From positions 8,308,001-8,372,000 of the forward strand of contig NC_135830.1 in the NCBI RefSeq assembly GCF_964213995.1: a DNA stretch of 64,000 bases, read 5' to 3'. Below, one piece after another: positions 13,431-23,524 of this stretch. The stretch is from Mustelus asterias. Its lineage: Eukaryota. The translations under genes were made by a program, and so were the position numbers. Below the pieces are notes generated by a model. That model was not told the origin of the DNA. It saw only the letters and a program-made list of their open reading frames with translations, and searched no databases. Positions within the stretch are counted from its first letter, which is position 1. Every line of letters starts with the position of its first letter.

Positions 13431-14469
13431 TATGCCTCCTTATTGCTTGCCGGGCCTGCGTGAGCCACCCTTGCCACCGAAATCTGATTCTAAGAGCTGC
13501 TGTATGGTGATAATTGAAGACAGAGTGCCTGAACTACTCCAAGGACGAACGCGCACTTGCCTGCACATGGATTTTGTTCAGATTTCCGGTATTTTCAATA
13601 TTTTACATTTTTTTAAAGAGAACAAATCCATTTATTTTAAACCACGGTCTGTTACCATTTGCTTTTAAGCAGCTGTTCTACTTGATTTTACCCAAACGAT
13701 TCATTTTGTTTGCTTCATCTCTCCCATTCAGTTCACACTTTGCAATTTAATTTGTGCCGTCCTACAATCTGATTTCTGTATCTGTGTCACACGCCTTCAG
13801 TCAATGTTTATCTCTCTTCTCACGTCCCCTGTGGAAATCCCGACATTGTTTAATCTCTGTTCAATCAACCTTCCCATTGTCCATGTGCCTCCACAGAACT
13901 GTCTCGATCCACCTATCAGACTGCACGGTACCGCATCGGTGGCCAAGCTAATTGGTGAATTATCAAACTTTTTGCTTTATGTCACATTATAATAAACACC
14001 TTTACTTGATTTTTTTTACATCACAAACTCAGTTCGCCTTCATCTGTAACCATCTGTTGGAATTTATTTGTACCCCTTACTGCCGTAAATCTCACCTCAG
14101 ACTGTACAGATAGTGAAGCTTTCCAAGCTCAGTTAGAATTAGTCTTTGGAGACATTTAGATTTGGGCAACGTTCGTGTACAAACGCCCCATTAAATGAAT
14201 ATTTCCAACAAGAGCGAATATGACAATCTCCCATTGACAACGAGTCACCCGCCATAAAGCGTCTGGGTTAGCAATGAAGAGAAAGTACTGGACCTCACAA
14301 CGAAGTAATTTGTTACAAAAGCAAATAAAATACGAAGAATCTTGCGGTGACTATCTCACCTTCTGACTCCCCAAAGTCTCTCCACTATCTAAGAGTTACA
14401 AACCAGGTTTGCGATTTAATATTTTCAACGTGTCCGGTTCAGTGCAATTCCAACAGCACTAAAGAGATT

Positions 14470-15110
14470 TAGAACATAGAACATAGAAAAGAGAACAGAG
14501 AACAGTACAGCACAGAACAGGCCCTTCGGCCCACGATGTTGTGCCAAACATGATGCCAAATTAAACTAATCTTTTCTGCCTGCCCTTGACCCATATCTCT
14601 CTATTCCTTGCATATTCACGTGCTTATCTAAAAGAGCCTTAAACATCCCTATCGTATCTGCCTCCACCACAACCACGCTTGGCAGCGCGTTCCAGATTCC
14701 TACCAATCTATGTTTAAAAAAATTGCCCCTCACACCTGCTTTGAATTCTTCCCCTTTCACCTTATGAGTGTGTCCCCTCGTGTTAAACATTTCAACATTC
14801 TGACGCTCAACCCTATCTATGCCTCCCATAATTATCGAGACTTATATCAGGTATCCTCACAGCCCCCACCGCTCCAAAGAAAAGAACCCCGGTCTGTGCA
14901 GCCTTTCCTGATAGCTCATATACTCTATTCCAGGCAGCACGCTCTCCAAAGCCTCGACATACTTTCTGTAATGTGGCGACCAGAATGGAATGGAATATTC
15001 TAAGTGTCGCCTAACAAAAATGTAATCAAGCTGCAACATTTCGTCCTGAGTCTTGTACACAATGTCCCGACCAATAAAGGCAAGCACGCCATAGACCTTA
15101 TCTACCAACC
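14470..15110 (-). mobile_element. CR1 LINE 3' fragment, apparently inserted in an older LINE remnant (about 14340-15500)
   Basis: HLEY..FWSPHYRK and WNALP..VVEAD; (agaacat)n tail on + strand. Confidence 0.8.
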
Positions 15111-15869
15111 ACTCTATGTGTTTGGATCTTCCAGGGCAAGCAGCCATTTCCATGAAAAAGAACCCACAACCTTAAACATTCATTCCCTCCACCACCGATA
15201 CAAAGTGGCAGCAGTGTGTGTTGGATACACACTTGATCCATTATCTATTGGATATATTGCAGCAAATCGCCATGGCTCCGTCGGCAGCACCTTCCAAAGC
15301 CACAAACTCCACTTCCAAAAAGGACAAGAGCAGCAGATGCATGAGAAAAGTATCAGCTGCAAGTTCCCCTGCAAGTCACACCGCATCCTGACTTGGAAAT
15401 ATGTCGCCGACATATTTAGCGGAATTCCTGGATATTTTTCCCAAAAGATCTACAGCTGCAACTCACATGGTACGTGATAGTTCATGAAGGTGAACTGTCA
15501 CCATTTCAATTATAATTACGCCACCATTTCAATAATAGTTACGAATGGTCAACAATGTCCGACCTTTCCACCTGCTATGAAACAGCTTGCGTTATTAAAT
15601 AAAATTAATGCGTAGTCAGTCCTAAATGGAATCTCACTGGAAAAACTGCCCAGATAATAAACTAATCGATTTCTGGAGAAAAAATGGAGGGCGGAAAAAA
15701 TATTACATGTCTGCCCTTCCGAGTCCCAAACACCAAGGAAATGTTTAATCCACAGCACTAATTGAACAGTCCGGTCCTATCTTTACTGTGAAAATAGTAA
15801 CTGTAACAGAACTCGGTATGTTTCCATTCACTGAGAGAAATGTACCACCTACCGATCGCACTGCACCAT

Positions 15870-15987
15870 GGAGATAGAGGAAGTGAGGTAAGAGCACCCT
15901 GAGACACGACAGTAGATTGTTGAGGGTGGGGTTTGGAACCGGAGTTTAAACATACCCCACTCTCATTTTACAGAGCAGACAGCGACA
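15870..15987 (+). promoter_or_regulatory. TCR V promoter and 5' UTR of V2
   Basis: Homologous to the upstream region of V3 (about 18360-18472) and to 21652-21706; contains AGAGGAAGTG (ETS/PU-like, 15876-15885) and a GT/GC box. Confidence 0.55.
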
Positions 15988-16027
15988 ATGATCTGCATCT
16001 GGGTTTTGTGGGGTGCATTTCTCGCAG
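15988..16027 (+). CDS. Leader exon of TCR alpha/delta V segment V2
   Basis: MICIWVLWGAFLA plus phase-1 donor G|GTAATT; 114-bp intron to ccAG at 16140-16141. Confidence 0.9.
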
Positions 16028-16141
16028 GTAATTTTGAATGTAATGCATTTCATATCTTTATCATTTCCCAAACATGGGTAAATTAAATATCAAATAACCA
16101 CAGTTCATATATTTTCATGTTTGAATATGTTTTCTTTCCAG

Positions 16142-16450
16142 ATCTATGTCATGCCAATTCTGTCAATCAGATATTCTCCTCGGTCACAAAGACAGAAGGA
16201 GAAGCGGTGTCATTACCCTGTAGCTATGAAACTACGAGGAACAGTTATAGTTCATTCTGGTATAGGCAAAGCTCAGATACACAGCTATCGTATACACTGA
16301 GAAAGGACAGCGATGGCGATGAATTTAAAGCAGATTTTGCAGAAAATCGTTTCTCTGCAGATCTCCAGACCTCGAAGAAATCCATCAATTTAATCATCTC
16401 GGGTCTTCAGTTGACAGACGCTGCCGTGTATTATTGCGCTTTCTGGAACT
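16142..16450 (+). CDS. T-cell receptor alpha/delta variable segment V2, apparently functional
   Basis: In frame with leader; NSVNQ..LPCSYET..FWYRQ..RFSADL..GLQLTDAAVYYCAFW with both Cys and the Trp intact; TRAV/TRDV-like framework. Confidence 0.93.
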
Positions 16451-16489
16451 CACAGTGATAGAAAGCAGGCTCAACCCTGTACAAAAATT
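16451..16489 (+). promoter_or_regulatory. 23-bp-spacer RSS of V2
   Basis: CACAGTG + 23 bp + ACAAAAATT. Confidence 0.95.
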
Positions 16490-17334
16490 TCGACAACTGC
16501 TGCAGTTGGGTAGCTCTGGTCCGCTGGAGGATGTGGAGAATCTCTGTTAGATTCAGTCACAATGTGCTTTGTGATGTCAGCCCCTCAAACAAACGACTAC
16601 AGGAAACCAAATTAACCTCGGATCAAACTGCCAGTCAACAGTTTCCAGGAGTGAGAGAGAAAGCAAAACTATCGATTCCAATCAGGCCGAGACGCAACAC
16701 AGTACCGTGTTTGAAGAGGGCCGCTCTCATCGCCAAACTCAATGATCTGCTGTTGTGTGAGAACTGTTGGTAACCGACGGATTTCATTAATTTAAACATT
16801 GCAAATTGAGTTACAATATAATTACAGGGGAGCGGCAGTGATGATGTTCGGCTAAAGTGTGGGAATGAAAGTCTGACCTCTTTATTACCACGAATAAAAC
16901 AAAACGATTGTAAATTTAAAATATTCCAGTATTTGGTAGACATCCTGAAAAACATTGGACTTTGAGGGTAATCCATTCTAGAGTCCGTTTTGATGACCAC
17001 AATCTCTAACTTGTGAGATATGTTGATTCTGTATGCACAGTGCCTGATACAAGAACAATCTCTGATCAAATATACACTGTCAACTGTCCGCAGTGACAGA
17101 CTAAACAAAACGGTGTGGGGAGATGAGATTACATTGCATTACATGGCAGGCATTCGAAGTAAGGACATCAAAGGACAAAGAGTCATTTGCAATGTCACAA
17201 GTGTATTTATGAAGTTTCTGAATAGAGGTCAAAATCAAACAATCTAAATCCACAAGTGCTCGCCTCCATTTCTGACTCATTGCTGTACTTTGCGCTCACT
17301 TCCTCTCACTATGGAGGCTGGATATTTTTTTTTT

Positions 17335-17682
17335 ATATATTCATGCGTGAGATATGGGCGTCGCTGGCTGGCTAGCATTTATTGCCCATCCAGAGTTGAC
17401 AGAGGGCAGTTGAGAGTCAGCCACATAATTGTGGCTCTGGAGTCACACGTAGGCCAGACCGGGTAAGGACGGTAAATTTTCTTCCCTAAAAAACATTAGT
17501 GAACCAAATGAGTCTTTCCGACAATTAACAATGGTTTCTTCAGTCGATTCTTAATTCCAGATTTTTAAAATTGTACTCAGATTACACCATCTGAGGTGGA
17601 GGAATTGGAACTCAGGTCCCCAAGACATGAGCTGAGTTTCTGGATTGATAGTCTCGCGATAATACCACGAGGCCATCGCCCC
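17335..17682 (-). mobile_element. tRNA-derived SINE (SacSINE1/Deu-domain-like family)
   Basis: Same family at 28100-28445, 46768-47066 and 49575-49915; B-box-like sequence on the - strand. Confidence 0.65.
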
Positions 17683-18472
17683 CGCAGCAATATAAATGTT
17701 ACTGAGCGGTATGATATCTCTGTGATATCTCTGCGATATGTCTGGTGGACACTCTCTGCAAATCCCATGATGGGTTTTATCCGGGTGCTCTTGTCACTAC
17801 AGCAGTGTGGCCCTCATTCTGTATCATTGCTCATTGTCCAAATTGTCCCACCCCGGCGAGATTGAAATGAAAAGTCTCAATTTCCACAGTTCAAAGCTGC
17901 AGAGTCTGCCTGCTCAGTGAACATCTTAGAACTTCCAAGGAATATTGTAAGTCGGAAAATCGAATGAGCCAAGGTTGTCAAGTAACTGCGTTCCAGTGTT
18001 ACGCTCCGTACCTCCAAAACAGTGAGTTCTGGTCGAGACAGGCACGCTGAATCTTCGCTATTTGTTCCTCAAAGATAATTCGAAAATTTCAAAACTTAGC
18101 TTCCCTGTGGAACAGGACCATTAGTATCAATGATGACCATGGCTCCCTAAGTGTCGGTTCTAAAATTTGAACACAGCATTAAAGCTCTTGATATTTTTGA
18201 TGTGGAATTATCTCACTAACGTCGATCTCGGAGGCGTTTCATTTATTATAATAAATCTGGAAACTCTCTCTTTAAGGACAGTGATTTCAATCCAGCCCAT
18301 TGTGCTTCTATTTACTGTCTGTTACCTTATCATCTGGGGTCACCCAGCATCTCTCGGCACAGAAGGGAGGGAGGTGAGAACCTCCGGAGACAGAGAGCTG
18401 ATTATCAAGGGCGGGGATTAGGACGGGTGTCTTCAACCATTCAGCTCCCCCTTTACAGTACGGACAGCGACA

Positions 18473-18919
18473 ATGCAGCTGCTCGGTGTGTGGTTGATGT
18501 GGAAAACATTCCCGACCGGTGAACATGTGCAAAAGAAATTTCACCGTTTCTCACTTTTCACAAGCATAGTTCCAGACCACACTTCTTTCAGCCGCCCATC
18601 TGAACACTTCCTGCTTCAATATGTTATCTTTTCAGATGAGTCATGGAGATTATGTCACTCAACCGCTCTCATCTGATGTTGAGAGAGGTGAGATCGTGAC
18701 TCTAACTTGTATCGATCATACTACAGCGAGCGACTGTAGGATGCACTCGTACCGCCAACATCCCGAAGTGAAGAATCATCCTGATGGTTATGAAGATAAA
18801 GCAGATGTTTTCAAAAGTCGATTCTATGTGGATCTCCAGGCCTCCAACAAATTTATCAGCTTAAATATACTGGACCTGAGCTTGACTGATGCTGCCGTTT
18901 ATTACTTCGCGTTAAGACG
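18473..18919 (+). pseudogene. T-cell receptor alpha/delta V segment pseudogene (V3) with leader
   Basis: Leader MQLLGVWLMWKTFPT (18473-18518); V exon from 18636 is out of phase with it; WYRQ changed to SYRQ, FR2 deletion, YYC changed to YYF. Confidence 0.9.
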
Positions 18920-18960
18920 CACAGAGATAGAAAGAAGAACCACCCTCGTGCACAAAAACT
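18920..18960 (+). promoter_or_regulatory. Degenerate RSS of V3 (25-bp spacer)
   Basis: CACAGAG + 25 bp + ACAAAAACT. Confidence 0.8.
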
Positions 18961-19300
18961 GTGTTTAAACTGTAGGTATGAACTCATGTCGGTTCGGGAT
19001 TCCGAAGGCTCAAAGCCAGATTTTAAGCGAGCTGTCAGCCGCTCTCTGTCTCTCTCTCTCACTCACACACGCACATGCACACAGATACACAGAGGAAACA
19101 AAGTTAACCTCAGATCAAACTGGTGACCGCCTGTTTCCAACAGCGGAGAAAACAAAGTGCAGAATCCAATTTGGCAAATAGATCCAGCAAAGGACTACTT
19201 TACTCATTCTGCTCTAAGGCAATAATCATGCCATTCTCGTTGTATTGTTCGACCAGTAGAATGTCCGGAAGCGAATGAATGGAAATACCTCGAGCTGCGA

Positions 19301-19615
19301 TAGAGTCATAGAATCAAAGAACTCCTGCAGTGCAGAGGAGGCCATTCGGACCATCTAACGTGCACTGACAACTATCGCACCCAGGCACTATCCCCATAAC
19401 CCTGTATATTTACTCTACTAATCGCTGCTGACACGCAATTTAGCATGGCCAATCAACCTAAGCGACACATTTTGGACTGTGTGAGGAAACGGGAGCACCC
19501 GGAGGAAGCCCATACAGACACGGGGAGAATGTGCAAACACCGTACAGGCAGTCACCCAAAGTTGGAATTGAATCCGTTTCCCTGGCTCTGTGAGGCAGCA
19601 CTGCTAACCGCCGTC
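19301..19615 (-). mobile_element. SINE (HE1-like)
   Basis: Similar to 3872-4198. Confidence 0.7.
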
Positions 19616-19950
19616 CTCAGTCAATGTCCTCAGAATGGAAATATTTCCACTGTTCAAGACGGGGTTGGGAATAAAAGCCTTGTTTGTTAATTAGGGATGG
19701 TTCCCAAAACATTGCAGGCATTGAACTCAACGTCATTGCATTCACCAGCAAATTTCAATGCTCCTTTATGCAGAAAACAACTCACATTCAAATGAACACA
19801 AATCCTACAAACTGCGAATTACATCACAGTAACCATAATACAAATCAGGAAGCATTTGGCATAAACATATTTCGAGAATACAACGAATGCAGTGCATCTC
19901 CAGGAAGAAAACCATTTACCACACATCGCCAACAGAGGGAGTGCATTCAT

Positions 19951-20574
19951 AGAACATAGAAAAGCGACAGCACAAACAGGCCCTTCGGCCCACAAGTTGG
20001 TGCGAAATATTTCCTTACCTTCTAGGCTCATCTATAACCCTCTATCTTACTAACTTCCATGACCCTATCCAAAAGTCGCTTAAAAGACTCAATCGAATCC
20101 GCTTCCACCACCACTAGCGGCAGCCGATTCCACACACCCACCACCCTCTGAGTGAAAAACTTACCCCTAACATCTCCTCTATACCTACTCCCCAATGCCT
20201 TAAACCTGTGGCCTCTCGTGACAACCATTTCAGCCCTGGGTAAAAGCCTCTGAGAATCCACTCTATCAATACCTCTCAACATCTTATACACCTCTATCAG
20301 GTCACCTCTCATCCTTCGCCTCCCCAAGGAGAATAGACCTAGCTCTCTCAACCTATCCTCATAAGACATACCACTTAATCCTGGCAACATCCTCGTAAAT
20401 CTCTTCTGCACCCGTTCTATGGCTTCCACATCCTTTCTGGAATGAGGCGACCAGAACTGGGCACAGTACTCCAGGTGGGGTCTGACCAGGGTCCTATACA
20501 GCTGCAGCATTACCTCCTGATTTCTAAACTCAATTCCTCTATTGATGAAGGCCAGTATTCCATACGCCTTCTTA
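19951..20574 (-). mobile_element. CR1 LINE 3' fragment
   Basis: ORF 20028-20510 is the intact ORF2 C-terminus; flanking ATTCAT duplication. Confidence 0.9.
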
Positions 20575-21651
20575 ATTCATCATGTATTCGTGACCACTGC
20601 AGCAAATCAATCAATAAATCGCATGGCACTGGGGATTAAGGACAGTCATTTATTTCATCTTAAGTCACGAACTCGGAAATCCGCAAGCATCCCAATTTTC
20701 TCTGGTTGTTAGGAGACCACTAATTGGTTTGTGACACTGTTACCTTGTAAGTGAAGGCCATAACCAGCTGTGTCCTGATCTGTCACCCAACTTTAAAGTT
20801 ACTTGAACCAGTGCCCTTTCGACTCAAGATCACAGTTCAAATTAAGGCATATTTCAGGAAAACCCATCCCATATCAGATTGCACCTTACAGCTTCTATTG
20901 TTGATTTTATACCTTCCTTGAATCCTGGTTCCATCTGACTCATTGAATCTCCCGCCGTCTACTTGCTTCTCCCATTGCATCTCCCCCGATTCCCCCACTA
21001 ACTTGTCATTTTCCTTCCATTTCTGAATCTGTTTGTCTCCCTGTTGTTAGATGTATTTCATTCACACTACATATGAGTCGATTTCACTACCTGTCTTTGT
21101 GTCATTTCTATGCCCCTCATTCCACCTCTCTCCCACAGATATATAGATGTTTCTCTGTCTGCCTTTTACTTCTATCTATCAGTCTGTTCTGCTCATGTCA
21201 TTTAGGCTTTCTCCATGGAGCTCTATCTATAGCTATCCCTGACACTTCTTCAATGGCCGCTTTGAAAAGAAGAACAAATCTTTTCCTGAATGAGCAATCA
21301 GCTCTTGCTCTGATTTATTGAGGATTTTCGATGTTCCAAAAAGATCCAAGTGTTCCTTTGGTATATAAATCCCAGGAGATTATCCACATTTATGTGGTAG
21401 TTAATATTGCACAATGTAAGAATAGTCAGCAGTAACCCATGCAATCTGCGATGCCACTACCTGAATTGCTATACCTCCCCTTCTGAAGGAAATGTAGCTC
21501 ACTCACTATATGGGCTCTATTTACTGCTGAAGAATCGCATCGTCACCACAGCAGATGTGATCATTCCTCTGCAGATGCAATGGATGTTGATTCTTCAGAG
21601 TTGCAAAGCATTCTGGGTTACGAAGCAAATCCCACAATATAAACGATCAGT

Positions 21652-21712
21652 GATTAGGACGGGTGTCTTCAACCACTCAGCTCTCCATTTACAGAGCAGA
21701 CAGCGTAAATAA
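21652..21712 (+). pseudogene. Orphan TCR V promoter/5' UTR remnant
   Basis: gattaggacgggtgtcttcaacc..tttacagagcagacagcg matches the V3 and V2 upstream regions; ATG lost and no V exon follows. Confidence 0.7.
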
Positions 21713-22928
21713 GCATTCAGCATTGCAAAATGACCTCACCCTCAGGAGTATGTAAGATAAACTTACACCCATACGTGACAGAAGTGGCAGTTGTAATCAG
21801 TATTGTCTAATTGAGGTTAAGTCGATTGCAAACATCGTTGGACAAAGAACAAAGAACAATACAGCACAGGAACAGGCCATTCGGCCCTCCAAGCCTGCAC
21901 CGATCATGTGTTCCTAACTAAACCATACGTTTGTATCCCTCTATTCTCAGTCTGTTCATGTGGCTATCGAGATAAGTCTTAAATGATCCTAGCGAGTCTG
22001 CCTCAAACACCTTGCTTGGTAGTGTATTCCAGGCCCCCACCACCCTCTGTGTAAAATACGTCCCCTGCATATCTGTATTGAACCTTGCCCCCCTTGTGTT
22101 TGTCATTTCTGACCTGGGAAGAAGCTTTCAACTGTTCACCCTATCTATGCCCTTCATAATTTTATAAACTTCTATTAGGTCGCCCCTCAACCTCCGTCTT
22201 TCCAGGGAGAAGAACCCTAGTTTACGCAATCTCTCCTCATAGCTAATACCCTACATATACACTCCATACCAGGCAACATCCTGGTAAACCTTTTCTGCAC
22301 TCTCTCCAAAGCCTCCACGTCCTTCTGGTAGTGTGGCGACCAGAACTGGACGCAACATTCCAAATGTGGCCGAACCAACGTTCTATATAACTGCAACATC
22401 ATATGCCAACTTTTATACTCTATGCCCCGTCCAATAAAGGCAAGCATTCCATATGCCTTCTTCACCACATTTTCCCCCTGTGCTGCCACCTTTAATGATC
22501 TGTGGACTTGCACACTCAGATCCCTCTGTGTGTCTATACTCCTGATGGTTCTGCCATTTATTGTATAGCTCCCCCCTGCATTAGATCTACCAAAATGCAT
22601 CACTTCGCATTTTTCAGGATTAAATTCCATCTGCCATTTCTCTGCCCAATTTTCCAGCCTATCTATATTCTGCTGTATTCTCTGACAATGTTCATCACTG
22701 TCCGCAACTCCAGCAATCTTTGTGTCGTCCGCATATTTACTAATCAGACCAGCTACATCTTCTTCCAAATCATTTGTATATATCACAAACAGCAGAGGTC
22801 CCAGTACAGAGCCCTGCGGAACACCACTAGTCATGATGTGGAGATGCCGGCGTTGGACTGGGGTAAACACAGTAAGAAATTTAACAACACCAGGTTAAAG
22901 TCCAACAGGTTTATTTGGTAGCAAAAGG

Positions 22929-22963
22929 CACAAGCTTTCGGAGCGCTGCTCCTTCGTCAGGTG
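22929..22963 (-). ncRNA. Minimal type I hammerhead ribozyme motif
   Basis: Reverse complement CAC-CTGACGA-A-GGAGC agc GCTCC-GAAA-GCTT-GTG. Confidence 0.7.
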
Positions 22964-23489
22964 CAGCATCTGCATGGTTTCCCCAATGTACCATGCCTCG
23001 GGACATCCGTTCCTGCAGCGTATCAGGTAGCCAATGTTGTTGTCTACCTGATAGCATGCAGACGCTGTGACAACGGATGAATGAACACCGCTCGACAATC
23101 ACCCGGCAAGACTGTTCTCTTCCTGTTGGGGAGCACTTCAGCGGTCACGGGCATTCGGCCTCTGATATTCGGGTAAGTGTTCTCCAAGGCGGCTTTCAGG
23201 ACACACGACGGCGCAGAGTCGCTGAGCAGAAACTGATAGCCAAGTTCCGCACACATGAGGACGGCCTCAATCGGGATATTGGGTTCATGTCCCGCTATCT
23301 GTAATCCCCACAGCTTGCCTGGACTTGCAGAATTTCACTGGCTGTCCTTTGACCTGTCTTGGTGCTCTCTCCACTCACATTGTTTGTACCTTTAAGACTT
23401 GATTAGCTGTAAGTATTCGCATTCCAACAATTATTCTGTAAATTGAGTTTGTGTCTTTATATGCCCTGTTTGTGAACAGAATTCTCACT

Positions 23490-23524
23490 CACCTGACGAA
23501 GGAGCAGCGCTCCGAAAGCTTGTG
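23490..23524 (+). ncRNA. Minimal type I hammerhead ribozyme motif
   Basis: CAC-CTGACGA-A-GGAGC agc GCTCC-GAAA-GCTT-GTG: CUGANGA and GAAA core, 5-bp stem II, CAC/GTG stem I. Confidence 0.72.

Noticed and set aside
16511-16536. CTCF-like site (ccgctggaggatg) next to the V2 RSS
   Set aside because: Weak match and not shared by V1 or V3
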